This document shows, in pieces, positions 1-17,410 of a stretch of DNA of 64,000 nt. The stretch comes from Phyllobates terribilis (lineage: Eukaryota). The notes beneath the pieces are model-generated. The model saw nothing but the letters and a program-made list of their open reading frames with translations, was not told the DNA's origin and searched no databases. The first letter of the stretch is position 1. Every line of letters begins with the position of its first letter. Made by a program: the position numbers and the translations under genes. The stretch spans positions 397,854,001-397,918,000 of the forward strand of contig NW_027362769.1 in the NCBI RefSeq assembly GCF_046119375.1, in the 5' to 3' direction.

Positions 1-640
1 CTGGTATAATTATTGGGCAACTCAGGGGCTTCTGGATGTTGTGACACTGGTTGGTTTTTCCCAGGTAGTGTGAGACCTTCTGTGGATGATGTACTTGGTG
101 GTTGTTATCCAGCATCACATAGCAGACTGGTATAATTATTGGGCAACTCAGGGGCTTCTGGATGTTGTGACACTGGTTGGTTTTTCCCAGGTAGTGTGAG
201 ACCTTCTGTGGATGATGTACTTGGTGGTTGTTTTCCAGAATCACACAGCAGACCAGTATAACTCAAGGAAGATTCTGGGGCTTCTGGATATTGGTGACAC
301 TGGTTTATCCCAGGAAAGGTGAGGCCCTCTGCGGGTGATGTACTTGGTGGTTGTTATCCAGCATCACATAGCAGACCAGTATCACTCATGGACAACTCAG
401 GGACTGTTTTGACATTGGTTTGCCCCCTCTATGGGCGGTGTACTTGATGATTGTTTTCTAACATCAAATAGAACACCAGTATAACTCATGGGCGACTCAG
501 ACTGTTTTGACATTGGTTTGTCCCCTCTGTGGGAGATGTACTTGATGACTGTTTTCTACCATCACATAGCACACCAGTATAACTCACGCACAACACAGGG
601 GCTGCTGGATGTTGTGACTATGGTTTGTCCCAGGTTGGGT
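1..640 (-). repeat. Degenerate tandem repeat with 99-126 bp units, possibly a decayed repeat-coding exon
   Basis: Units 1-126 and 127-252 are near identical; further units of about 123, 99 and 98 bp share the cores gtacttg(g/a)tg and accagtataactc. The array runs off the window start. Confidence 0.75.
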
Positions 641-2195
641 AGTTGCAGCACCTGCTGATGCATGTTCTCAGGTCCCCTCCCATGTCATTGTAGAAGTATC
701 ACCATCATCCAAGTATAACTTTTCCATGTCATTTCAACAGTCAGAGTTGTCAGGCCAGAAACCGCCACACCTAGGTTACACAACACCTGGCAGCTAAAGT
801 GGATTCCTGAGATCTGAGAACTTCTGGGAAAGGAGGTGACCTGATGACTTCACTGATCCAGAATCCCGTCCTCTGCATCCATCGCCAGCAGAGTCATAGA
901 CATTTCTGTAGGATGTGTATAAGAGGTGACATAATTACTGGTACATGACATATTTTGCCTTCAATGGATATGAACTTGATTTCTTATCACAGCAGCTATA
1001 CCCAAAATTGGTCCCCAAAGAGCCAACAGGGGCAAACAGAAGTGATACAAGGCTTCCCCTGTTCCTTATGATCGAAGATGCAAGGAAGTCATGCGCCCAT
1101 TGCAACCTCCCAAGTTATTGGCCACATGGCAGTCTAGTTTTTATGGCAGCGTCATTAGTGAAGAGCATTGATGTCAATGTGTCAGATCCCGTGGAATCTT
1201 CTTGCCAGTACCAACCATTTTCTGGTGACTTGTCGTTAGGATTAGTGTTTTTGAAGATGATGCCATGAGTTAAAATGACAAATTGCAGATTGATCCTTCT
1301 ACATTTTGACCTGCAGCCTGGTTTGAGCTTCTATTGATGGGGATTCAGATATTTGCACTCGACAAAGGCATGAAAATCCAACACGATGGATGGACTTTTG
1401 GACAGATATTTACTGTTAACAGCTATCACACTTGCTGGTGGTAAAATGTTTTGGTATTCCATGGCGTCGTATTGCAACGCAGAACGAGAAAAATTTCCAA
1501 ATTTGTTCAGTCTTCCGTCGCTGGCCTCATGTGACTTGTCTAAAATAGTTGCGTGTCAGCAGTTTGCACCAATTTTTCTGGTTGTGCAAGTAGTCTGATG
1601 ATCGCTGTCACCACGTGACAGGTGTAGACCAAGCCTTAACGTCGAGAACATGAAGTCCTGGTTCTTGGTGGATACAAATGTGTAATATGGAAACAGCTGA
1701 ATGTCCCCTTATCCACCACGAGCAGGGGTCGGGATCACCATAAAAAGTGTTGACATGGACAACCGACCAGTATGCGATATGTGGGTTTAGTCTATTGAGC
1801 AGAAGAAGACCCACAAGTTTATCCACTCTTTGGAATGGGGACGGAAATGTCCGAAAATTTTTGTGTCTTTTTCAGCTGCAATCCATTAGCTCGATCAAAA
1901 AAAAAAACACAGTCTGCAAATCTTTTCTGTCCGGTTCAGAAAACGAATAGTGACCGGATCATAACGGATGGTCATCTGATAATGTCATCTATTAATGGAT
2001 CCGTTTTTTAAGCGCTGCGCAAGCCCAGAACGATAGAGGTGACAGAAACCAAACAAAACCGTTACAGACCGAACAAAAATGTTTGTATTTTTTGTTTTCT
2101 GTCCTGTGTGGACTTGTACAGATAATGGTTTGCTTAGCCGGATGGTTTATTCTATGCGTTTGTTTTATTTTTGCTGCACTTAAACTTTTACTTTA

Positions 2196-4073
2196 ACTTT
2201 TTTTTTTTTTTTAAAACTTTAATTTTTATTAAAGTATAAAATATAACAGACAACATTAGCAAATCAAATGATTCAAAAAGATGGGGTAAAAACATTTACC
2301 GTATTTTTTCGGACTATAAGACGCACCGGATCATAAGACACACCCCAAATTCTGGGCTGGAATATAGAAAAAAAAATATTTTTATAAGATGGGGTCCGTC
2401 TTATAGTCTTAATAGGTACAGTATCTTACCTGGGGGTCTGTGGAGCGAGGGTTACAGGAGGCAGGGTCCTTCCGGAATCCGGTGCTGCAGCAGCGGGGAG
2501 TTGCGATGGAGCAAGATTGTAGGGCCCTCCGTTCCCTCCCTCAGGAACCTGGCGGCTGCAGCAGAAGAGATGACTGGGGCCCGATGCCAGATTTGGGGCC
2601 GGGGCCTGGCTGAGGCCCAGTGTATGGCTGGGGGCCTGGCTGAGGGCCGGGGCAAGTGTTTGGCGATAGGGGCCTGCCTGCCTGAGGGCAGGGATCAGGG
2701 TCTGGCTGCATGCCGCCGAGGCCTGCCTGGGGACCGGGACCGATGGTGGTGGTGGCGGCAGCGGCAACAGCAAAGGAGGAGGAGGTGAGGTGCTGCAGGT
2801 GACTGGCTGGGGGCCGCGGGTGTCTGGCTGGGGGCCTGGCTGAGGGCAGGGGCAAGTGTTTGGCGATAGGGGCCTGCCTGAGGGCAGGGACCGGGGTCTG
2901 GCTACGTGCCGCCGAGGCCTGCCTGGGGACCAGGACCGATGGTGGTGGTGGTGGCGGCAGCAAAGAGGAGGAGGTGAGATGCTGCGGGTGGTAGAGCGGG
3001 AGGGAGATCCCGCTCTACCACCACCACAGGTACGCAACGTTCGGGCCATAAGACGCACCCCCCATTTTCCTCCCAAATTTGGGGGGGAAAAAGTGCGTCT
3101 TATGGTCCGAAAAATACGGTATATAACTAAGAAGACCTTCTTCGTCTTAATACCATCATACTTAATCTAATCAAAAGGGTCGGGATAGAACGAACCCATA
3201 AACAACCTCACCACTCCCCACCCTTAGGTCCTCCGGCATTCACAAAAATCCTTCCAAACCGTCCGAATCTTTAATATTTTACATCTTATAACAATACAGA
3301 CTATTTGACATAAGACAAAAGAGTCAAAGACAGAGGGGAAGGGCATTATAAACCAATCAGATATTATGTTGTGCCCAGTAATAGTCCCAAGGGGCCCAAA
3401 TTGTATGAAATAGAGCCACGCTATCGTTTAGAATGGCTGTCATGTATTCCATCCTCCTAATATCAGAAATCCTACTCCGTAATTCCCTACGAGGGGGGGG
3501 GGGGCACTCTTCTTCCAATGAAGAGCAATAAAACATCTGGCCGCTGTCAGCAAATGAAGTAGAAGTTTAGAGGAGTTTTTACCCATTCTCTTGGGGGTAA
3601 CATTCAGCAGATACAGAAGTGGGTTCCAGGGGAATATCAGTGAATAATATCTTCTGAAGAAGCAACCAAAAGATATGAAACTGAGAACCTCCCGGGGAAC
3701 CACAGCGCCAACAGATGTCCGGAAGCCGGGGATTAAGTTTCTGCAGAAGTTTCGAGGTGTGATACCAGAACATTAATATTTTGTACAATGTACATATGGA
3801 GGTTTTAGCCGCCTTATTCCAGATAGTCTGCCAACATTGAGGTGAAATATCCCTATTCAACAGCCTTTCCCATCTAGCCAAGTAGGAATGCTTGGAGAAA
3901 GAATTTTTATTAGGGGCACTAAGGATGCTATAGATATTAGATATCAAACCTTTAGTTGAGGGGCTTCTTCTACACATTATTTCAAATTCAGTTGGGCTGG
4001 AAACTTTAGTCGATCCGTAAAGGGTTGAGGCCAGATGTTTGATTTGTAGATATTGAAAAAATTCCTGATTGGT

Positions 4074-4075
<2 letters not shown>
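2196..4075 (-). mobile_element. L1/Tx1-type LINE 3' fragment (ORF2 C-terminus, 3' UTR, poly-A), interrupted by a MITE
   Basis: Minus ORFs 3579-4112 (...WERLL...CWRCGSPGGSQFHIFW) and 3440-3703 (LLTAARCFIALHWK) match the L1 ORF2 C-terminal cysteine-rich region. AATAAA (plus-strand tttatt near 2225) precedes a poly-A tail (plus-strand poly-T near 2196-2212). Confidence 0.85.
2299..3119. mobile_element. Non-autonomous Tc1/mariner (Tigger/pogo-like) MITE nested in the L1 3' UTR
   Basis: Terminal inverted repeats CCGTATTTTTTCGGACTATAAGACGCAC / GTGCGTCTTATGGTCCGAAAAATACGG with TA at 2297-2298 and 3120-3121. The GC-rich interior has a ~200 bp direct duplication (about 2630-2800 vs 2830-2990). Confidence 0.85.
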
Positions 4076-5104
<1,029 letters not shown>

Positions 5105-6769
5105 TACATGTACTGTGTGTGGGATACTATGTATACTATGTGCACAGACATCCGATGTTATATACAGGATAATATGTGACTGGTATATCATATACAATGA
5201 CCTTTTTTATTGTTGTGGGGTTCGAGTACATTGGTGACTTGATTGAGCAAATAAGTTTGAAAAAAAAAACCACACAAAAAGTATTTGGAGGTCCAGCGAC
5301 TATGTAGTGCCCTCTACTTATTTGTGTCCAGCTTTACTCCAGGTATTTGCTTTTTTTTTTTAGGAATGTGGAAATGCACAGCGCACCCTGCTTTACTGCA
5401 CATCTAAAAAACGTATCCCTGGATTAAAGCTAGTAATCCAGAAGCATAATGTGTACTGCGTCTGACCACGGCAATCTGTGGCTCTGCGGACTGGAACCTT
5501 TCAATTCCTTTTTTCGTGTGTTTTTTTTTTTTACACATGTACTCAATGGAGCGATTGCTGTGACTGTAAAGTGAACAACCTCTAGGCCGGGGTCTGAGGG
5601 CCGAATGTTCTCTCATCCGAGAGAATCAGGACGGTTATGGTAACGACACTCGGCTCAAACTGTCAGTCTGATCAGAGCGCCATCTTACTGTGATCCGACT
5701 GTCTGACATAAGGGAATCACAGGACAGGTGCACAGGAGACGGAGAACGTAATTTCTCCATCGTCTGTGTTCGCGGTAAACCGGTCTGCACTCAGATGACA
5801 TCCGAGTGCAGACCGATGTTTCACACGCACCCATAGATTAGTATATGTGTGGGTGATCCGAATATCGGAGCCACTTGTCTCCCACTCCTGAGAACAAATA
5901 CTGACCGAATACTGATAGTGGGGCCGTGTCCTAAATGTGTATATAGGGTAGCGTCAGTGTGTTAATATAGTCACCTTCCACCGTCTTCTCCAGTTTCCAG
6001 CGTCTTCTCCAGTTTCCAGCGTTGTCCCGCTCCTCGTCTGTATACGCACGCTGTCATGATTTGTGTTTTTAATGCAAATTAAATGCTTTTCTTTTTCAGT
6101 TTTTTTTTTCCAGTAACAGCAAAAGCTACAAGATTTCTGAAATCTCAGGCACGCACAGCTTGTCTTTATTCCTGACTGAATTTGAAACCTACAGCATGTC
6201 AATTCTTAATTTTTGCAGCATTTTTCACCCACAAGGAAGCGACGAAAAAGTGAAAAAATGCTGCAAGAGAATGCAACAGCTGAGTTTTTGAGAAGTTTTG
6301 GTGAATAAAACTCATTTTATTAATCATGCACTGTAGACAAAGCACACGTGTAATCTGCACCTAAAAAAAGCCACTAAAATGCTGAAAAATTGGTGTTTTT
6401 ACTGCTGAGAGAGCAGATTTTGGCTACAGGAAAAAAAAAACACTGCATGAGAACATGGCCTAAGCATTGTTTTGGTACCATATCTGTGTAGTAGTCTTGG
6501 TGCTATTACTGCTTCTATGTAGTTAGTTTGGTTCTAGTACCATTTCTGTGTAAGGACCATCAGATCTTTGGTGAGGTTGTTTCTGTCCAGAGTATGATAT
6601 ATTAAGCCCGCCTTAATGGTGAATTTCATATTGTAAAGGCAATAGGGATGGGCCTCTGCTCATTGGCCTCTGCTCATGGGCCACTGCTCATTGGCCTCTG
6701 CTCATGGGCCGCTGCTGTGTGCTTGGCCCCAGGCCAAAATTTGCCAGCCTGCCCCTGGAGGGGAGTCTG

Positions 6770-7250
6770 TTAATGCATGCCTATCAAAAGTTTCAGAGAA
6801 TGGTATATTAAAGTCCCCGTCCATTATCAAAGGTGCTGAACTCAGACCCCGAAGGAGGGAGAATACTCTTTTTAGGAGGCGGATCTGATCCGCATTTGGA
6901 ACATATATGTTGCATAAGATGATGGGCTTACCCCCAAGAAAGGCCTCTAAAATGATGTACCGGGTCCAAGTGGGAACCAGTCACCTGAATTGGGCATGTC
7001 GAGTGTCAGGAATTCCAACCCACACTGAAGTAAGACACCGGGGAGATCACGCAATATCTCACCGTTGCAGTCTGTCTTTCGTCCGGAGTCGCGAGCACGT
7101 GATCCAGACTACTCGATACGTGGATATCGGCAAGCAACCAGTGAGCGTATGGCGCCACACCTCGGGGATTCCAAAGCCTGGAATCCGTGTTTAACGCCTT
7201 CCATACGGTCACTGTCAGCTTCACGATAGCCCAATTATTATTAATATTCG
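6770..7250 (-). mobile_element. L1 ORF2 endonuclease relic
   Basis: The minus frame over 6780-6965 reads RYIILEAFLGGKPIILCNIYVPNADQIRLLKRVFSLLRGLSSAPLIMDGDFNIPFSETFDR, matching the APE-like NIYAPN and GGDFN motifs. Upstream part is degraded. Confidence 0.75.
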
Positions 7251-8899
7251 CTGCCACCACCGGCCGAGTTTGAAATATAATACAAGCCTGGCCGGATGCC
7301 TGCGTTTTGGTAGCATATATGGCTTCGGGGAAGGGAACGATTACAGAACAAAAGAAACAGGACTATTAAATTTTGTATTTAATCCAAAAGGGAGGCAGTG
7401 TTTAGGAAAAATATATACAAGGATGTTACAAAGGAGACATTAAAATACATAGGCAGTTACATAAAATAAACAGGGTAAAAAGAAGATAACTCACACTATA
7501 CGATCACGGAGACGATTCAATATAGGTGGAGGAGGGGCTCTCCAGATGGATTATGCTGTTATTGAACAGGACCCGTTGCTTATAATTCTTATTCCCCCTG
7601 GCAATGAGTGCTCCTGTCTTCTCCATGGATTCTCTTATACCTAAGGGGAGATCTGCCCACACACCCCTGTGGTGACATCATGTGGGCCGGTCTCCAGCCT
7701 GTACATTTTTATTAAAAACGCTAACTTCTGCAATAACTCACCACTCGTTGATCGCAGAAGCGTGCAAACGACGCCATTTTTTCCCTTAGGATTTTATCTT
7801 TATTTAGAGATCACACATCGCATAGCAGCAGTCTGCTATTCTGGTGTTTTTGCGCTATAGCTCCCTGATTTTGCTTACAGCCCTGGAAAACTACCTATAC
7901 ATTCCTGGGCTGATTTGGTCACTAAACATATGGGTCCCGTTACTGTCGGACCTATGGAACTCACAAGATTTCATATTTCATATCTGAGTCAGTGCGTCTG
8001 CAAATTTCCCTTTGAGGCTCGGGAAGCAGCCTCACGGTTACACGCAAATTAGTGCAAGCCAGCGTTTTAATTACCTCCTGCGTCTTTCAGAGACAAGATG
8101 CTTGCTTCCTAACAAAGTTATAACACTCCTTGGTTGGCATTGTTTGCATAAGCTATTTCCCAGGCGTGTGCTAATTTGGGCTATTGTGCTGAGGAAAATG
8201 GGACAGCTGTGCTGACAAGTGGTGATAATTTGCAGTAAGACACTGTATAATTGTCATCTCTGGACAAACACTACAGCAGAGGGCATAGGAGAAGGGGCTA
8301 ATATTCTGTTAATATGTCCCTGACATTAATATTTTCCTGACATCGGGGGGTATTAAGACAAAGACAACAATTAACATATATGATTAACATGTAAAACTGT
8401 ACAATAAGCTCAAGATTCCCAGAAAACCTCCTGGTAAGGACATTTCCCGTGGCATCTAATGAGCTCACAGGATATCAATCAGTAAGGTCGCGAGTAGCTC
8501 GAGCGGCCTCACTAATAATAATTCCGTTGAAAAAAGAAGAGACAAAAAGGGGTCCCTTCTAAAAAAATTGGGGGAGGAAAGTCCCCGGAGCCACCGAGAA
8601 GGAAGCGTCAACACCTTTCCTCGGAGCCCCTTACTGAACACCGAAAGCTGATGAAAATGAGGGTGTCCCGCAGAACTAATTTACGGCAAAACTATCATTT
8701 AAGCAAGTAAAAGTACCGGCCAGTACTAATAGAAATAAAATAACACTCATCCCATCTAGTGGGCTGAGGGAACATCAGCGTCCTTAGGAAAAAGTCAACA
8801 CAGTTGAGGGGACTTAGGGACCGCAGTCATCCCGTCCTCTTCTACTTATTCCTTTTTTCTTCTTCCAAAGTGGCAGGGGCGCCTCAGAAGGCCACAGGG

Positions 8900-9235
8900 C
8901 ACCCAATCCACAATCTTGGGCAGGGGAATGCTCAAAGATTGACAAAAGATCACCTACAGTCACCTCAAAGATCACCTACAGTTCTCAGGATGGACGAAAC
9001 TCCTTCGCGTCGTGCGATCAAGGCAAATGGAAAGCCCCACCTATAGGTAATTCTATGGTCCAACAAAATCTGCAACAGGGGCTTTAGAGGTCTTCTGTTT
9101 TGGAGAGTTAGGCGAGAGAAATCTGGAAATAGTTGTATATCAGAGTCCTTGTCCTTTATGACCTTCAAGAGTCTGTCTTTTTTCATTATCATTTTTGTTT
9201 CAAAGTTGTGCAAATAAAAAATAATGTCTTTTGGA
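8900..9235 (-). mobile_element. L1 ORF1 C-terminal fragment
   Basis: ORF 8965-9213 IQLFPDFSRLTLQNRRPLKPLLQILLDHRITYRWGFPFALIA is typical of the L1 ORF1p C-terminal domain. Confidence 0.85.
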
Positions 9236-10592
9236 TGTGTGCCGCCCCGGCCGCTGCATTCATGATACTGCTGTATGGCGGTCCGAGTGCTGGTATGGTT
9301 CGACCGGGGGCACGGTCTTTATCAATTGTGGGGGCTAATAATAAAATAATAAAAAAGTTTGTGATGCCAGTTGGGATGTTCGGCCGGGTATGGCTGGGCA
9401 CTGATGAAGGCCCCTGGGAGTTAGGTGGTGATGAGCAGTGCCAGGTGGTTAACCCTTCCCAACCAGGCATGGCTCCCAGGGGAGTTGGAGCAGGTATGGC
9501 ACAGCAGAAAATAATCAGCTTTGGACTGAGTAATAACCAGTTTGTACCTTTTACTGGAGTTCTGCAAACAGTTCCAGAAGTTTCTATACAGTTCACATAC
9601 AGGATTTTGGTCAGACCTGCATGGTGAGGGTTTAGGTTCTCGGCTGTGAGGTGGTGTAGCCATCCTGCTGCTTATTATACCTCTGGTAGATAATTCCTTG
9701 TGTGACATGCAGAAGTAGTGCTGTTGCTTGAAAAGCATCCAGCAACTATTACAAATAACACAAGCACAGGAGACAGGAAGTGTTGTGCTTCAGAAGCATC
9801 CAGCAACTAGAAGGGTTAACACAGTCACAGGAGACAGGGAGTGTTTTAGCAGAGACCTAGGGGGATTGTGGGGAACTTGTTATTGCAATCTGGCTGAAGC
9901 CGAAGAGAAAGGTGGTAGTGTGTTATCTGGATCTGACAGAAGGCAACTGAACAGGATTGAGATCAGATGAGAAACTAAACACAGGTCAGATAAACTCCCT
10001 GAACTAACAGTGCAGAGTATTATTGGGCAGGAAGATAAGGACTGTAAAGAATTGTGTCACAGGGAACATCTGTCCCATCAAACCCCCCTCCCCAATCTCC
10101 ATGCAGGATAAAGAATGCTGTGTACTATTGGGTCCTTGTGAAGAAAAAGCCTGTGGTTGTGTATGCATAGTAGTGTGGTACTAAGAGATCTAATCTATGC
10201 TGAATTATGCTACTGAAGAGACTGTAATACTGTGCTTTGTGAAGAAACTACTGTATTGTTACTGTAGCGGGTTGCTCAAGAAACTCAGACTGTACTGTAA
10301 TGAAAGATTGTTGCTGTAATATCCCTGAATTGCACTGGCCGTGCTTCAGATTAAATTCCACTGTTAAAAAAGACTCGTCAGATGTGTCTGGTCAGCAACT
10401 GACTCTATCGTGTGCCTGAGAAAAGCTGCAGCCTATGTTCGCCCTGAGTAACGGATCCCCCAGGATTCCAAAGAATTCACGAAACCGTCTCGCCCTATCT
10501 GAACCTAGCGGCGTGCGTGTAACACTTGGATCCCCAGGGGTCCAAGGTAAACAGTTACCGGATCTGTGATCCCTTCCAGCGAGCAGGCAACA
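9236..10592. mobile_element. Probable solo LTR, boundaries approximate
   Basis: Begins TGTGTGCCGCCCC and ends ...GGCAACA; flanks TGGA/TGAA resemble a degenerate 4-bp TSD; ATTAAA near 10350; no coding capacity. It truncates the L1 ORF1. Confidence 0.45.
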
Positions 10593-11704
10593 TGAATCCT
10601 GTCAGAACATTCACTTTCTCTGGCAGCAGTGTCATTGACTCCATGCAGTTTCTGAGCTCCCAGGTAAAACACTTTCCTGCTCGTTATATGAAAACCGAGC
10701 AGACTCACAGTTTAGCACAGATTCTGAAAGTCTCTGTGCTCTAGGGACTGGACCCTGCCTCATGCAGCTTGTCCTTGCAGAGAGCACGGAGGACCTCCAT
10801 AATGCTGCTTTCTTCCTCACACTACAACTACTCAAGCGCCTCCTGCCCTCTCTGAGGGATCGTGCACAACTTCCTGGTTTGGACAAAAGTGCACAATCCT
10901 CCAGTAAGGGTTCTGGTAATAATGTGTGGATGCAATGAAAACAGCAGAGAACTTACCCTCACCATAACTGGCAATACATATGAATTATATTACACATGCA
11001 GGCATTTTGTGGCGCTATAGACACGGATGTATTGTAGAGCTTTTTGGCTGCAGGGCTCTGTGTGCTCTATCCATCTTAATAGGGGTAGTAAGAGGGTCTC
11101 CTAGTATAGTATTAAAGATTGTGCCAACCCTGGACAGGGACCCCCCTTCTGATCCAGCAGGACCCCCACATCCAGATCCAGTCTCATCTGCTGAGTATGA
11201 CTGAGTCCATGGGCTCTTATGCGATGAGTCCACATGGGCCTAGTAAGTGGCCTCCTTATGTCCCTGCTCAGTCCATCCCACACTGACATTAGGGTCCTAT
11301 GGCTCCTTTTCTTTCCTCACAACAAGAGGCTGTGCCTCCGGAGACCCCCGCTCCTCTCCCTCAGTCACCGCCGGAGAGGCCTCTCCCGCTCCTACCTCTC
11401 CTTCACTCACATGCAGGACGGGATCCTCCTGCGCACGGCAAAGAAGCATGGGACAAGATGGCGCCGGAACTCCCACGCCCGCCGAGTCTTCAGGCCATCG
11501 CCGATGCTGCCGCAGCTGCACCCGCGAGCGCCACAGACCAGGCTCTGCGGGGCCCATGTTATGAAGGTAGGTGGCCGATATTGCAAAGGTTTTGCCGGTA
11601 TTTAGGCAGTGTTCAGCGGGAGCTCCTCTGCCACACGTCCTCCTAGGTCAACATCCGGCCACGTCCCCTCCACTTAAACACTTTTACGTTTTGCTCTCCT
11701 GTAG

Positions 11705-14452
<2,748 letters not shown>

Positions 14453-14606
14453 GGCGACGATGGATAGAGAAGATTGGATGAGGTCGTGTGTATTGGGGCG
14501 TCCTACCCGGTGCCCAGTAATTCACACCAGTAGGATGTGGGACCCGGGGTCGTCCGACCCGTGGTCGCGCTGCGTATAGCGTCTCCAGATGTTCATTTCT
14601 GTTCTG

Positions 14607-14625
14607 TTTATTTTTATATAATAAA
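14607..14625. terminator. Convergent polyadenylation signals of KAT8 (+) and probably the PRSS8-like gene (-)
   Basis: Plus-strand AATAAA at 14620-14625, 168 nt after the KAT8 stop; plus-strand TTTATT (minus AATAAA) at 14607-14612. Confidence 0.55.
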
Positions 14626-15299
14626 TTGTCTTTTTTGTACAATGGGTTCGAAATTCGAAAGTTTTCTAGAGAGGATATCTGTGACGGCATGAGCAGGTCT
14701 TCATCTGGACGGCCATTGCCAGAACTGATGTGTTATTTACATAGGAAAGTCAACAGCATTTAGTATTGATGTCAACAAGTCCTTCGTGTCAATGACCAGG
14801 ATGAATATTGCCACCCATGGTGAATCCCATCCTCTTTGCTGGAGATTGGCGTTTTCTTTACATCAGTTCGGATTTTTTTTTACAACCTGTAGCCGAGGTT
14901 ACAAGACGAGAGAAAATACAGACGCACAGCAGGAGTGCTGGCATCCCCCACCTCCAATCAGATTCTCAGAGGAGCCAGATAGCCCCTCCCCCGAGGAGGC
15001 GACCTCCAGGCCTCATGAATAGAGACGTAATAGAACATGTTTCCCAAGGCGTTGGTTCTGTATTCCAAGATGTTTACAAGATGGTAACAAAAGAGCCAGA
15101 CATTGTCTTCTGTGGAGTGGGGGGAAGGTATCAGACGGGGGACATAACAAGGAAATGGACATTCATCAACCGCCGGAAGAGATTTAGTTATTGATGACAG
15201 AGCCAATCATCCAGCGCATCGTCTGAATTATGGCGATAAAGGGAAAGGAGCGTATGATACATTTGGGAGAGTTATAGGAGTAACATGATGACAGCAAGT

Positions 15300-15629
15300 C
15301 TACAGGTCGGTCAGGAAGTAGGCGGTCAGCCAGTACAGCGGCAGCATGGCCAGTATGACCAGGACCGCTGACGCACTGTTAGGATAGGGGTAGACCTGGC
15401 CATCTGCTGCTGTACAGCCGTCCGCATTGTCGGCTTCTGGGGTCTGGTCCACGGTGAAGTCATCAACCTGAGCGTCCTCCACGATGCTCCTAATTCAGTC
15501 GATGTAGGCGGTGGTTGCAATGTAGACACCAGGCCTGTTTGGCGCTCCGCACTCCTCGCCCCAGCTGACCACTCCAGCCTGGTACCAGTTACCATTTGTG
15601 TAACAGCAAAGGGGTCCGCCAGAGTCGCC
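15300..15629 (-). pseudogene. PRSS8: Last coding exon of a GPI-anchored trypsin-like serine protease (prostasin/PRSS8-like) with a premature stop
   Basis: Acceptor ttttcag, then [47 protein letters not shown]... and a hydrophobic tail SASAVLVILAMLPLYWLTAYFLTDL*. TGA at 15497-15495 replaces the conserved Trp. No upstream exons were found. The symbol rests on the GPI-like tail and adjacency to KAT8. Confidence 0.8.
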
Positions 15630-15739
15630 CTGAAAAAAAAAAGACGAAAGAAATGATGAGCAGGCAGGAAATAACAGATGAACGCTATGGTTATGACAGT
15701 GGAGAGTGACTTTTCTGTTTTTTTTTCAGTCAAGACGGG

Positions 15740-15853
15740 GTGCAGAGTGGACTTTAATGAGAAAAAAATTAACTTTTTAGAATTTACCAAATGGCTGCAA
15801 TGAAACAAAGAGTGAAAAATTTAAAGGGGTCTGAATACTTTCCGTACCCACTG
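15740..15853 (+). mobile_element. Tc1 terminal fragment
   Basis: Ends GGGGTCTGAATACTTTCCGTACCCACTG followed by TA, a Tc1-type TIR end. Confidence 0.65.
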
Positions 15854-16859
15854 TATATATATATATATTCCATGTGTTGGAATTGGAGGTGTATATACCA
15901 TATGCTCACTGTGAGTTCCCCAATAACCGGCCTAGTAGTGGAAGCAGCCGTGGCCTCGTCCATCACTAGTCAGTCAATTGCAGAATTGTCCTGATGATTG
16001 GAGGCAGCAGTTGCCTTTCCCTGACAAACTGGTGGCAATGGTGGGATCTGCATGATTCCCATAGGGTGTTTTCCCTGACACTTTCTAACATGCATATAGC
16101 AGGTTTCGGCGACACTGGGTCAGGAGGAAGGAACAACCTCCATATTAAAGCACTTAACCTAAGGATTATGTTATACCCCTGCCTGACAGCTACGAATATC
16201 TAAGTGCCAAGACTGTCACCCTCATAAACGTGCTGATAAATCTTTGGATATCTTCTACCAAGAGAGCTGGACCGTTGCCAGGAGAAAATTCCATCATTAT
16301 TTCTTCTGGGGATTTAAGAATTTGGGGAATCTCCAGTGTGACGAAACAGCGTAAAATCTTAATTATGCCAGACATACTTTCTGATGGCAAGAGCAGTATA
16401 CCTTTATTTTTATGTTGACTCTTTAATCTTTGTTCTTCTTTAGTTGATTAACACAACATATTATTTGTATAACCCTGAATGTTATCTGCTCTTTGACTCT
16501 GAAACAGTGATGTGTATTTACAAGAGTCCCTGTGATACAAACTATGTAAATAGATTAGCTAAACCAATGATAGGTGAGCCGTGCACATTTACCTCTGACA
16601 TGTGATATGCACACTAAGCTTTGGGGGAGGAGGGTGAGAGCAGTTCTGCCATTCAGGGGGCTGAGCCCAGAGAAGCAGAAGGGACATGTGTTTCTGACAC
16701 AGAGTGAGTCTTGGGACAGAAAATCAAGGAACATCAGACAGACTTTAGAAGGAGAATGAGAGACATTCTCAAGGACAGCAGATGGATTGCATGGCATTAC
16801 CCAAAGAGACACAGATTTATATTCTACATGATTCTAGTCTAAGCGTATCGGTCCTGACT

Positions 16860-17410
16860 GGGAAGATTCGGATCTGCTCCATTAACCATCAGGAAGACCA
16901 TGGATACATTTTGGGGAGTCCAGGAGAGGACGAAGAAGTCAAATGGCCCCATGGATATGTTGTTTTGGGGTTGCTAGGAGGGACCCACCGGTCGCCTAGA
17001 ACCCATGGAGACCTTTGGAGTTGCCAGGAGGGACCCACCGGTTGCCTGGCCCCATGGAGAATCTCAGAGAGGCCAGATTTGGACCCTCGGGTCCCCTGGT
17101 CTTCTACCTCGATAAACTGCTAGCTTCCTTAGCTCGCCGCTACCTTCTCTGTGGGGGCCCGCCAGAATCGGGGGGCCACTGGTTGAGGTAGTCGGCCCTG
17201 GAAGTCTCCAAAGTCGCAGTTGTTCTATCCCAGGCGGGTCAGCGGAAGGGTGAGGACTGTGTAATGTTGTACCATCTTGGGTACTTGCTGGGACTGTTCT
17301 AAGTGTTTATTGTCCGCTTTGTGGTTCAATAAAGTATTGCCACGCTGTTTTACCCTCACCCTGCGTTGTCTGAGTAGCGTTACGCCCACGGAAGACCCCG
17401 GGTCTTCACA
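16860..17410 (+). mobile_element. Truncated solo LTR (3' part)
   Basis: AATAAA near 17327 followed by a U5-like tract ending ...GACCCCGGGTCTTCACA. The 5' TG end was not identified. Confidence 0.45.

Noticed and set aside
2426-3170. GC-rich ORFs on both strands
   Set aside because: They lie inside a TIR-bounded MITE and have no recognisable domain.
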